64,000 nt of DNA from Bacteroidales bacterium (GTDB lineage Bacteria; Bacteroidota; Bacteroidia; Bacteroidales; VadinHA17): positions 675 to 64,674 of the forward strand of contig JARGFQ010000005.1 of assembly GCA_029210565.1 (NCBI GenBank), written 5' to 3'. The notes beneath the pieces are model-generated. The model did no database searches, had not been told where the DNA came from, and saw only the letters and a list, made by a program, of their open reading frames with translations. This document shows, piece by piece, positions 6,580 through 16,500 of this stretch. How positions within the stretch are numbered: position 1 is the stretch's first letter; the number at the start of each line of letters is the position of its first letter. A program made the position numbers and the translations under genes.

Positions 6580-9111
6580 ATGAAAAAATGGATCCTTTAT
6601 AGTATTACTGTACTCTTATCTTTCAATCTGTCAGGGCAGGACTGTACCATAATTTCAAAGGCGAACAATATTACACCTGACAAATTATGTTCGCCGGTCA
6701 CTGCCACGTGGACTGTCAGCTATACGGGCGTCAACGCTGCCGGTACACCGGTGAGCATAAGGTTTGACTGGGACAACGGTACAGTTGAGACTGTTAATGC
6801 AGTGCGGACCGGGCCCGGGGTCTTCGAGGCCACGGCCATTGTAACCTATACATCTGCCGGCAGTCTTTGCAACTATCATCCGCAGGCCACCCTGATGGTT
6901 AACGGTGTTCTCTGCACCTCATCCTCGCAGGAACAGATAGTGACCGTCTGGGATGACGACGATCACAACGGAGGGCACATGCACATCAGCCCGACGGTTT
7001 ATCCTATCTGTTTCGGCAACAGTGCCAACGTGCGGTTTCAGGACCTGACGCAGTTCAACTGTGTCCCGCCGCAGGAGAGGGACAATCCGAATGTCAGCAC
7101 GAGGTGGATACAATGGATCTACGGTACCAACACCACCATGACGGGGGCACCCATAACCGTTGATGGCAGAACACGTACCTTCCCCTTTATCGATGATGTC
7201 ATCACCCTCACCGGTCCTGTAACCGGCTCCGGCGTTTGGTCCGACGTCATCTTCGTAGCCGATGACAAGCTGATAGGGCAGTATTTTGAGGTTACGCTGA
7301 GAAACTGGAACTACTGCAACCCGTATGATGACCCGAATATTCCCGGCGGCCCCCGCGACCACGTAAACGGGGACCATCCGCCGGTGGAGACCACTGCCAT
7401 CATCCTCATTGTTCCCTATCCTGAAGCAACAATCACTCCTGTGGACCCCATGTGTGCCAATGAACCACCTGTTACCCTTTCTGCACATGATCCGGGCGGC
7501 ACCTGGTCAGGCGCCGGTGTAACAGGAAACATCTTTGATCCGTCAATAGCCGGTCCGGGAAACCACACAATCAGGTATGATGTCACCAATGGCGACGGCT
7601 GCAGTGACAGGGATGAGACTGTCATCACGGTGCATCCGGTGCCTGATGCCACAATACTTACCGAGGGTATAGTCTGTTCAACCGATCCCCCGATTACTCT
7701 GACGGCCCGCGATCCGGGCGGCGTATGGTCGGGAACGGGCGTGGCCACAGGCGTTTTCTATCCTGCAGTGGCCAACACAGGCAACCATGTCATCTCCTAT
7801 TCCATCACCGACGCCAACGGATGCACCGACTATGATGATGCAATATTAACGGTGGCCACTCCTGATGCAACCATAACGCCTGTAGACACACTCTGCGAGG
7901 ACAGTCCGCCCGTCACTCTTATGGCCCATGACATGGGCGGCATATGGTCGGGCCCCGGGGTTGTCGGTAACCAGTTTTTCCCTGCCATGGCAGGTGTCGG
8001 AGACCATCTCATCAGGTACAATATCGTGAACACCGATTGCCGTGATGAGGACAGCACTGTCATCGCCGTCATGCCTCTGCCGACAATAATCATTGAGGAT
8101 CCCGGACCTGTCTATATCAACGGTTCGCCGGTGACGATGACGGCCTATCCCACAGGGGGTAGCTGGTCAGGCACCGCAATGTCAGGAAATGTTTTTGACC
8201 CCGCTTCAGCGGGGCTGGGGACACACACCCTTACCTATTCAATGCCGCCTCACAGCTGGGGCTGCGCGGTTTCTGAGACGATAACTATCACAGTGGTCAT
8301 GCCGCCCCTGCCTGAGGCGAAGTTTGAGGGTGAGGCTGCAGGCTGCGCTCCGCTGACGGTACATTTCAAGAACAAGAGCACACACGGGGAGAGCTATACG
8401 TGGGATTTTGGCGACAAACAGTATTCTGACGAGGAGCATCCGGTGCATACCTATTATGTTCCAGGAAGCTATATAGTGAAGCTGACGGTCGCCAATATGG
8501 CAGGACAGTCTGTACGTAACGGCACGGTGACTGTCTTCCGGAACCCGTCGGCTATCTTTGATGCCTATCCGACCAACGTGGTGAACAATGAACAGATAGT
8601 GATATTTTACAGCTATTCGCACTTCGCCGATGCATGGCTTTGGGACTTCGGTGACGGACAGACATCAACGGAAGAGAATCCGTACCATCAATATGAAGAA
8701 CCGGGTACATATAAAGTCTCACTAAATGTGACCACAAGTGATGGCTGCGTCGATTCTGCCGTGATGGAGACTCCGGTGGTGGTTGAATGGAAGGAGGGGG
8801 AGATTACCTTCCCCAATGTCTTCAAATGGAATGAGTCCGGCCCCACGGGAGGTCAGTGGGATGAGGGAGTATACCCCGGTATGGACAATGTCTTCAGGCC
8901 TTTCTTTGAGAATGTCATCGAATATCGTCTCCAGATCTTCAACAGGTGGGGGGCGCTGATCTATGAGAGTCACGACCTGGCGAAAGGATGGGATGGTTAT
9001 TTCGGCGACGGCAACCTGGCGCCCCAGGGGGTATATGTCTGGAAGGTTACCGGCAGGTTTGCCGACGGCGGATACTTTGACGAGGTGGGAGACGTGACGT
9101 TTTTACATTAG
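6580..9111 (+). CDS. T9SS type-B cargo: large surface protein with 4 Ig-like repeats, 2 PKD domains and a gliding-motility-type C-terminal domain
   Basis: It has a signal peptide, four units of about 72 aa, and two PKD units with WDFGD[GK] motifs. The C-terminus FPNVFKWNESG...FRPFFENVIEYRLQIFNRWGALIYES...GWDGYF...GVYVWKV is typical of the type-B sorting domain. Confidence 0.85.
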   Translation: MKKWILYSITVLLSFNLSGQDCTIISKANNITPDKLCSPVTATWTVSYTGVNAAGTPVSIRFDWDNGTVETVNAVRTGPGVFEATAIVTYTSAGSLCNYHPQATLMVNGVLCTSSSQEQIVTVWDDDDHNGGHMHISPTVYPICFGNSANVRFQDLTQFNCVPPQERDNPNVSTRWIQWIYGTNTTMTGAPITVDGRTRTFPFIDDVITLTGPVTGSGVWSDVIFVADDKLIGQYFEVTLRNWNYCNPYDDPNIPGGPRDHVNGDHPPVETTAIILIVPYPEATITPVDPMCANEPPVTLSAHDPGGTWSGAGVTGNIFDPSIAGPGNHTIRYDVTNGDGCSDRDETVITVHPVPDATILTEGIVCSTDPPITLTARDPGGVWSGTGVATGVFYPAVANTGNHVISYSITDANGCTDYDDAILTVATPDATITPVDTLCEDSPPVTLMAHDMGGIWSGPGVVGNQFFPAMAGVGDHLIRYNIVNTDCRDEDSTVIAVMPLPTIIIEDPGPVYINGSPVTMTAYPTGGSWSGTAMSGNVFDPASAGLGTHTLTYSMPPHSWGCAVSETITITVVMPPLPEAKFEGEAAGCAPLTVHFKNKSTHGESYTWDFGDKQYSDEEHPVHTYYVPGSYIVKLTVANMAGQSVRNGTVTVFRNPSAIFDAYPTNVVNNEQIVIFYSYSHFADAWLWDFGDGQTSTEENPYHQYEEPGTYKVSLNVTTSDGCVDSAVMETPVVVEWKEGEITFPNVFKWNESGPTGGQWDEGVYPGMDNVFRPFFENVIEYRLQIFNRWGALIYESHDLAKGWDGYFGDGNLAPQGVYVWKVTGRFADGGYFDEVGDVTFLH
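7423..8310 (+). repeat. Four tandem ~72-aa Ig-like coding repeats
   Basis: The units are ATITPVDPMCANEPPVTLSAHDPGGTWSGAGVTGNIFDP...NGDGCSDRDETVITVHPVP, DATILTEGIVCSTDPPITLTARDPGGVWSG..., DATITPVDTLCEDSPPVTLMAHDMGGIWSG... and a fourth, more divergent unit. Confidence 0.8.
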
Positions 9112-12060
9112 TCACCCGTCATATCCGGGTTTCATGACCACCCCGAGTTTCTTACGGCCGTCAATCATCACCGTCAGCGGTTCCGGGAACCTCACATGCC
9201 GCAGAAGGTCGTCCTCATACAGAGTCTCTGCCGTTTTCAGGAACTCATAATCGACATGCCCGTCGCCAAGGAACGGGTTAACCGTGAAATAGCCAACACG
9301 GAAGGCTGTCAGGTTCTGGAAGAAATGTGTCCCCTGGCTGGGATCTATGCGGTAGTCTTCCAGTCCGGATTCAACAATGATCCTTGCCGCGGATATCTGC
9401 TGCCATTTTATCGGTATCCCCCGCCACTCGTCGCTCGAACCCCACCGTCCCGGTCCGATGAGGATATAATTCTTCTCCTCCTCCAGGAATTTTGCATTGA
9501 TATCATTCAGCCTGGCCGCGATCTCGGGGTTCTTCGAAGCCTCGAAGTTCTCGTTCCTCACGTAGACAACATCGCAGATGTCGCTTACCGTGCCGTTACC
9601 AAGCGCAAGTGCTGATGCGACGACCGTTCTGTCCTGGGGGATCTCCTCCAACCTGAATTTGATGGTCTCGTAGTTCTCGACTATAGGCCTGATCTGGAGC
9701 AGGTTGAACGCTACCGGTTTTTTTCTTTCGGGATCTATGTTGGCAGCAAACTCAATCTCAACGGGGTTGTTCAGCTGTTGCTGTCCGGTCTCAAGGACCT
9801 TGCGCAGTATCTCTGACAGAGGAAAGAGGTCATATTTCAGAATGTTGGCGAAGGTGATGACCTTTTTGCCTCCTTCCACCGGCTCGTCACGCAGCATATC
9901 ATCCTGGTAGTCATAGGTTGAGGCTACAAACCTCAGGGTGCCGTCATTTTCGGCATCGCTGACCTTCAGCCGCAGCAGGTTTACCGAGTCATCGGTACTG
10001 GGGACAAAGCTTGCCGGGTTGAGGTCGAGGGCATAGAATTCCTGCTGTGTTTCACGCAAGGCCATCGTGGTGTCTGACAGCTGGATAATCTTTCCCGGGT
10101 ATTTTGGCGAAAATCTGAGTGCGATACCCCCGTCAACGATATATTTCCCCAGGCCGAAGGCAAGACTGACGAATCCGTCTTCCGGCTTCTCAGGCTCAAC
10201 GGGGTAAAAGTTAATAGAGCGTGCGACCCCGGAGATTGTCGGATAGAAGCGGTTCCCATATTGCTGTCCGCACACCTCCTGAAGGACGATACCCATCTTC
10301 TCCTCCTCGATCTGGTTGGCGGTGGCCTTCATGTAATCGCGGCTGCCCCTGAAGAAGACAGAGGCGTAGACGCTCTTGATGCCGGTGCTCAACAGGTCGA
10401 GCATGACCACATCATTGTCGGCCTTGGGGATCATGTATGTCGAGTATACGCCGGCAAAAGGCTGGAAATGTGAGTCTTCCAGCAGGCTTGACGACCTTAT
10501 CGCCACCGGCCCGCTTATTATTGAGATAAAGACAAGCAGGTCCTTGTGTATTCTCATCGGCAGCCTCGCCTTGATGAAGGCGTCGAGGATCTCACTGTCG
10601 CTGCTCCCTGACAGTCCGATCTCCAGCAGTGAGTTGTCAGCGATGAACTCATCGAACACGTCAGTGCTGAGCACCACGGTACGTGGGATGGAGATGACGG
10701 TATCCTCAAAATTTTCAAAGCTGCCGTTCTGCTTCACAAGATAATCGAGGAATGCCAGTCCTCGGGCCTTGCCTCCCATGGATCCCTCACCGATCCTGGT
10801 AAAGGTAAGGTACTCATCAAAATGTTCCCGGTAGAAATCGGCGATCACGCCGTGACCCTTGCTGAGGCGGAAGTTGGCAATGGTATCGAAGATGAAGCGG
10901 CGAGCCTGGTCAAGGCTTGTAAAGTCGTCGAGGCTGATCTCCTTCAGGAACTCCGCCAGCGAAAATAGTGCCCTGGCGGTGAGCCATTTTGAGAGATGGT
11001 TGCGCGACAGGTGGTAGCGAAACGACTCATCGGGTATCTCAAACAGCTTGCGCTGGAAGTTCTGAAGGTCGGAGATCCTGGCTATCTCTGCACCTGTTTC
11101 AGGATCTGTAAAGATGAAATCGCCAAAGGAAAAATGTATTTTGAGGAGAGCCTCCAGATCCGCCGGCAGGGTGGGGGAGTTATGGTTCAGGAATGTTTTT
11201 CCGTATTCAACTGCAACCTTTTCGTTTTCAGGGCTGGACGAATGTATAATAATAGGAATGTTGGTATCATAATCCTTTATCTGCCTGAAGAAGTCGAGCA
11301 GGGTGCCGCTCTTCCTGTTCTCGTTGCGGTATAGCTCTGCATCACTGATGACGCCCAGGAGCTCTGTTTTGTGTTTTTCGAAGAGTTCACGGGCCTGGTC
11401 GTAGCCGGTGGCAAGCAGGATCTTGGGCCTGCCGCGCATCTGCATCATCTTCTGGTGCTCGTTGAGGCCCTCGCTCATATACCGGCGCGACTGTTCCAGT
11501 ATTATGCCGTAGAGATAGCGCAGATAGACGGTAGCCATACGTATGGAGCTTTCGACGAGCAGTACCGACTGGATACCCTCATGACGGGCATCTTCATCGA
11601 CATTCAGCTTGTCTTCTATCAGGCTGATGATGGGAAGCAGGATATTGGTGCTTCCCAGCCAGTTAAAGACATAGTCGATACACTTCAGCTCTTCGCTGTC
11701 AAGCCTGATGGCTATCTCCCTGGAGACGGGAGCCAGGATGACAATAGGCTTGTCAGGATATTGGGATTTGATCTTCAGAGACAGATCGAACGGATCCATA
11801 TCGCTGATGCTCAGCATATTTATGATCAGATCGATCTGTCTTGTGGCCAGTGCCTCCAGTGCCTCTTCAGCTGATTTCACATGCACGAACCGGGGAGGAT
11901 ATCGAAGATTGAATGAGACGTAATCATTGAAAACCTTCTCATCAATCTTCCCGTCCTCCTCCATAATGAAGGCGTCGTACCTGCTGCAGATCAGGAGAAC
12001 ATACTGAACTCTCTTCTGCATGAGGAGTTCAAAGGAGGTGTCTCTGAAGATCTTTTTCAC
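9112..12060 (-). CDS. Receiver-like x2 + PEP/pyruvate-binding (PPDK_N-type ATP-grasp) protein with an uncharacterised GPGRWG C-terminal domain (short paralogue)
   Basis: The GTG start lies 3 nt after the gdhA stop. Receiver-like block: VLLVESS...GVISDAEL. ATP-grasp motifs: GGKARGLAFL, VAIRSSSLLEDSHFQPFAGVYSTY, EEEKMGIVLQEVCG, VEIEFA, LLQIRPI. C-terminal motifs are GPGRWGSSDEWRGIPIKW and SQGTHFFQN. It is paralogous along its length to residues ~600-1558 of the ORF at 13564..18240. Confidence 0.8.
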   Translation of the reverse strand: MKKIFRDTSFELLMQKRVQYVLLICSRYDAFIMEEDGKIDEKVFNDYVSFNLRYPPRFVHVKSAEEALEALATRQIDLIINMLSISDMDPFDLSLKIKSQYPDKPIVILAPVSREIAIRLDSEELKCIDYVFNWLGSTNILLPIISLIEDKLNVDEDARHEGIQSVLLVESSIRMATVYLRYLYGIILEQSRRYMSEGLNEHQKMMQMRGRPKILLATGYDQARELFEKHKTELLGVISDAELYRNENRKSGTLLDFFRQIKDYDTNIPIIIHSSSPENEKVAVEYGKTFLNHNSPTLPADLEALLKIHFSFGDFIFTDPETGAEIARISDLQNFQRKLFEIPDESFRYHLSRNHLSKWLTARALFSLAEFLKEISLDDFTSLDQARRFIFDTIANFRLSKGHGVIADFYREHFDEYLTFTRIGEGSMGGKARGLAFLDYLVKQNGSFENFEDTVISIPRTVVLSTDVFDEFIADNSLLEIGLSGSSDSEILDAFIKARLPMRIHKDLLVFISIISGPVAIRSSSLLEDSHFQPFAGVYSTYMIPKADNDVVMLDLLSTGIKSVYASVFFRGSRDYMKATANQIEEEKMGIVLQEVCGQQYGNRFYPTISGVARSINFYPVEPEKPEDGFVSLAFGLGKYIVDGGIALRFSPKYPGKIIQLSDTTMALRETQQEFYALDLNPASFVPSTDDSVNLLRLKVSDAENDGTLRFVASTYDYQDDMLRDEPVEGGKKVITFANILKYDLFPLSEILRKVLETGQQQLNNPVEIEFAANIDPERKKPVAFNLLQIRPIVENYETIKFRLEEIPQDRTVVASALALGNGTVSDICDVVYVRNENFEASKNPEIAARLNDINAKFLEEEKNYILIGPGRWGSSDEWRGIPIKWQQISAARIIVESGLEDYRIDPSQGTHFFQNLTAFRVGYFTVNPFLGDGHVDYEFLKTAETLYEDDLLRHVRFPEPLTVMIDGRKKLGVVMKPGYDG

Positions 12061-12063
12061 GGT

Positions 12064-13407
12064 CTACACCACTCCCTGGGCCAGCATGGCCTCGGCAACT
12101 TTTACAAATCCGCCTATATTGGCTCCGTCGACGTAGTTGATAAATCCGTCTTTCTGTGTTCCATACTTGACGCAGGTAGCGTGTATGTCTTTCATTATGC
12201 GGTGCAGGCGTGTGTCAACCTCCTCACGTGACCATGAGAGGCGCATCGAGTTCTGTGTCATCTCCAGCCCTGATGTAGCCACTCCGCCGGCGTTTGCTGC
12301 CTTACCCGGGCCATAGAGGATCTTATGGTGCAGGAAGGCATTTACTGCATCCGGTGTGGATGGCATATTGGCGCCCTCGGAGACCACGAAGCATCCGTTT
12401 TTGACCAGCATCTCGGCGTCAGCGCCGCTTATCTCATTCTGGGTGGCGGCGGGCAGGGCTACCTGGCATGGTACATCCCACGGTCCGGATTTGCCGTCGA
12501 CGTATGTGCATCCGTACTTATCTGCATACTCTTTGATACGGCCTCTCTTTACGTTCTTCAGGTTCTTCACGAAGGCAAGCTTTTCATCGTTGATGCCTTC
12601 CGGGTCATAGATATAACCGTTGGAGTCGGAGAGAGTGACCACTTTGGCACCCATCTGTATGGCTTTTTCAGTGGCAAACTGAGCCACGTTGCCGGAGCCA
12701 GAGACAGCACAGACCTTACCCTTGAGCGAGTCACCCCTGGTGTTGAGCATCTCCTCGGCAAAATAGACCTGGCCATAGCCTGTTGCCTCAAGCCTTATGA
12801 GGCTGCCGCCCCAGTCGAGCCCCTTGCCGGTCAGTACGCCGGTAAATTCGTTGCGCAGTCTCTTGTACTGGCCGAAGAGGAAGCCTATCTCCCTTCCGCC
12901 TACCCCGATATCTCCTGCCGGAACGTCAGTGTCAGCGCCGATATGTCTTTGCAGTTCACTCATGAACGACTGGCAGAAGCGCATCACCTCATTGTCGCTC
13001 TTTTCCTTGGGGTCAAAGTCCGATCCTCCCTTGCCGCCGCCCATGGGCAGTGTTGTGAGGCTGTTTTTCAGCACCTGCTCGAATGCCAGGAACTTAAGGA
13101 TACCCAGGTTAACAGTCGGGTGGAAACGGAGGCCGCCTTTGTAGGGTCCGATGGCGCTGTTCATCTCGATACGGTAGCCTTTGTTTATCTGTATCTCTCC
13201 CTTGTCATCGACCCAGGGGACCCTGAAGAGAATCACCCTTTCGGGTTCGGCCATTCTTTCAAGGATCTTTGCAGACCTGTACTTGGGGTTCTCCATGATA
13301 AAAGGCATAAGAGATTCGGCAACCTCTTTGACAGCCTGATGAAATTCAACTTCGCCGGGGTTTTTGGCGATGATCTTCGCCATGAATTCTTCAACGGGGT
13401 TTGACAT
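12064..13407 (-). CDS. gdhA: NADP-specific glutamate dehydrogenase
   Basis: This is a 447-aa Glu/Leu/Phe/Val dehydrogenase with the catalytic-Lys region LPMGGGKGGSDFDPKEKSDNEV and the dinucleotide fold VSGSGNVAQ. Confidence 0.95.
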   Translation of the reverse strand: MSNPVEEFMAKIIAKNPGEVEFHQAVKEVAESLMPFIMENPKYRSAKILERMAEPERVILFRVPWVDDKGEIQINKGYRIEMNSAIGPYKGGLRFHPTVNLGILKFLAFEQVLKNSLTTLPMGGGKGGSDFDPKEKSDNEVMRFCQSFMSELQRHIGADTDVPAGDIGVGGREIGFLFGQYKRLRNEFTGVLTGKGLDWGGSLIRLEATGYGQVYFAEEMLNTRGDSLKGKVCAVSGSGNVAQFATEKAIQMGAKVVTLSDSNGYIYDPEGINDEKLAFVKNLKNVKRGRIKEYADKYGCTYVDGKSGPWDVPCQVALPAATQNEISGADAEMLVKNGCFVVSEGANMPSTPDAVNAFLHHKILYGPGKAANAGGVATSGLEMTQNSMRLSWSREEVDTRLHRIMKDIHATCVKYGTQKDGFINYVDGANIGGFVKVAEAMLAQGVV

Positions 13408-13444
13408 TGCTGTAGGGTTTTAAGAGTTAATGTTTGACATTTAA

Positions 13445-13452
13445 CAAATTTA
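13445..13452 (-). promoter_or_regulatory. Candidate Bacteroidota -7 box (TAAATTTG) for gdhA
   Basis: The plus-strand CAAATTTA is the reverse complement of TAnnTTTG and lies 38 nt upstream of the gdhA ATG. The same extended 12-mer TTAACAAATTTA recurs upstream of the M16 peptidase gene at 48085..48096. Confidence 0.4.
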
Positions 13453-13563
13453 TGTAATTAATTCTCCAAATTTTTCAGCCATGTAATAAATTATGATCTA
13501 TTTTTTTAACTTACATAACCAATTTTTCATCTGAGGGCATTGTCATAACCTTAACCGACTTTT

Positions 13564-16500
13564 ATGAAGACGGAGGATATATCGAAATTGCAGAAGGAGA
13601 TGCAGAAGCTCCTGGCGGAGAAGATCCAGAGCCAGAAGGGGTTATCGATTATCTATACCATCAATAAGGTCATCAGCAGGAAGAGCAGCATTGATAAGAC
13701 CCTCAACGAGATAGTCGGAGAGATTACCAAGGCGTGGCAGTTCTCGGAGTACTGTCATGCCCGTATCAAATATGACGGTCAGGAATACCGGCTTCCCGGG
13801 TTCAGGGAGACACGGTGGATACAGAAGCAGATCTTTGAAACATACGATAAGAAATGGGGTGCCATTGACGTCTTTTATACAAAGCAGTTTCCGAAGGCCG
13901 ATGAGGGTCCGTTTCTGCATGAAGAGAGACAGCTGCTTGAAAACATAGCAACGATAGTATCCAATTATCTTAATTCGCAGCAGGGAGCCGAACAGAAGGA
14001 TGAAGGAGACCAGGATGTCACCCTGAAGTTGGAGCGGTCAAGACGGTTGAGCGAGGAGAAGAATATCGAGGATGCTCTCTCACAGATCAGCAGGAACATG
14101 CCCAAATCATGGCAGTATCCGGAACATGCCGTGGCCCGGATCCTTTATGACGGGAAGGAATACCTGAGTTCCGACAAGGATTTTTCGGACAGCCAGCTGA
14201 GCCTGAAGGAGGAGTTCACGACCATAAACCACAAATCGGGGACAATTGAGCTTCATTACCTTAAGGGCTTCCCCGCCACCCTGGAGGAGTCATACCTCAG
14301 GTCGGAGGAGGAGTTGCTGGGCAACATGGCGAACCTTATTACCGGGTTTATAAACATCATCAAGGGTAATGAGATCAGGCAGCCTGCCGACAGGGAGGAG
14401 GAGGGCGGGGGGAAGAAGGCTGACAACAGGATCTTTGCAAGCATAAATGAGATTTCAAAGAGGCTCAGGAGCGGAACGTTCATTGAGTCCACCCTCAATG
14501 AGATACTTGAGGTCATACCCCGTGCCTTCAGGTTTCCTGATGAGATCAGATGCAGGATCATTTATGAAGACCTTGAGTTTTCATCACCTCGTCTTAGTGA
14601 GACCTCTTTTTATATCACTGCCGCTTTCAAGACCATCACCGGAAAGAGCGGTTCTGTGCAGGTTTTCTATACCGGGGAGGGGCTCCCGGATGGGGAGGAG
14701 CCTTTCCTTGAGGAGGAAAAGCAATATGTTGAGACCCTGGCACTGCTGATATCTGGTTTTATCAATCTCATCTGTGGTCTCGACTCTGTACTTGCCACCG
14801 AGGAGGGCATGAAGGAGATACTCTATGAGAAGACGGAGAGGATCAAGGAGCTGGCCTGCATTAACCAGACCACATCGATACTCCAGGCTGAGAAATCCGT
14901 TGAAAAGGCCCTGAAGCAGATCGTCTATATCCTTCCTGACGCCTGGCAGTACCCTGAGAATACCGTTGCCCGAATCAGCTTTGATAACAATGAGTACATG
15001 TCGCCCAACTTCACGGTTACCAAGTGGCGTCAGCGGCAGCCCTTCCTCACCATCGATGACAAGTTCGGAGAGGTGGAGATATACTATACAAAGGAGTTCC
15101 CGGATCTTGATGAGGGCCCTTTCATGAAGGAGGAGAGGGACCTGATAAATAATATCTCCACCCTGATATGCAATTACCTGAACAGCGTTCAGGGGGAGGT
15201 TGCCATAAAGAAATACAGGTCTGATGAGGAGCTTAAGGAGAAATACCAGGCCGCCAGGGATTATCTTCTGAACAAGAGGAAGCTGCTTCAGAACTTCCTG
15301 GAGAAGAACAACTATGACCGCGACATCTTCCACGACCTTATGAAGTTCAAGGTTAAGGAGATACTCATAATCTCAAACCTTTATGATGCCTACAGCCTCG
15401 AGCGCGAGGGCAAGTTCTCTGATTACATCCTGGGTGTCTACTATCAGCTTAACCTGACTTCAATACCCCGCATAACTGGCGTTTCATCGTTTGAGGAGGC
15501 CTTTGAGAAGCTCTATGCCAAACACTATGACCTCATAATCATCATGGTGGGAGTGGACAGGAAGACGCCTCTGGAGATTGCATCAAAGCTGAAGGCACTT
15601 TATCAGTATATACCCATATATCTTCTGCTGAACAATAATCAGTACGTCGGATATTTCCAGGAGGAACAGAAGAAGACCAGCCTTATTGACAACGTCTTTG
15701 TCTGGAACGGCGACTCGAGGATATTCTTTGCCATGGTCAAGCAGCTTGAGGATTTTGTCAACGTGGATAATGACACCAGGGTAGGTTACAGCCGCATCAT
15801 ATTACTTGTCGAAGACTCCGCCAAGTACTATTCACGCTACATACCGCTGTTATATCACTGTGTGATGGAACAGACCAGGAGAATCATTGAGGATGTCAGC
15901 CCCATGGATGAACTTTACAAGGTGCTTCGCCTGAGGGTGCGTCCGAAGATACTCATGGCCTCCAATTACGAGGAGGCGATCCAGATCTTCAACAAATACA
16001 AGGATTTCTTCCTCTGCCTCATTACAGACGTAAAGTTTGACAAGAATTCAAAGTTCGATGAGAATGCAGGATTTGAGCTGGTCAGTTATGTGAAATCGGA
16101 GATCCCCGACCTGCCCACCATCATCCAGTCATCCGACCGTAGCAATGAGAAGATGGCAAAGGATCTGAACTGCGTCTTCATTCACAAGAATTCCGATACT
16201 CTTGCCCAGGACATAAGAGCCTTCATCAGCTACAACCTGGGGTTCGGGGATTTCATATACCAGGATGAGACGGGACGTACCATAGGTACAGCCAGGAACA
16301 TGAATGAGTTTGAGGAGCAGCTGCAGTATATCCCCACGGAGACCCTTTTGTATCATGCACGCAGAAATCATTTTTCCTTATGGCTCACCGCCCGCGGGGA
16401 GATACAGCTGGCCAGGGAGATAGCCCCGAAAAAGACCAGTGATTTCAAAGATCCGGAGTCGTTACGCGACTACCTGGTAAAGATTGTCAAGCAGCTCAAG

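Noticed and set aside
12325-13404. 359-aa ORF antisense to gdhA, plus similar long antisense ORFs at 47140..48075, 48732..49844, 19125..19928, 14584..15333, 6919..7488, 57358..57993 and 61077..61607
   Set aside because: Each lies entirely inside a gene with strong family motifs on the opposite strand. Their translations are low-complexity and motif-free. Long shadow ORFs are expected opposite codon-biased genes at this GC content.
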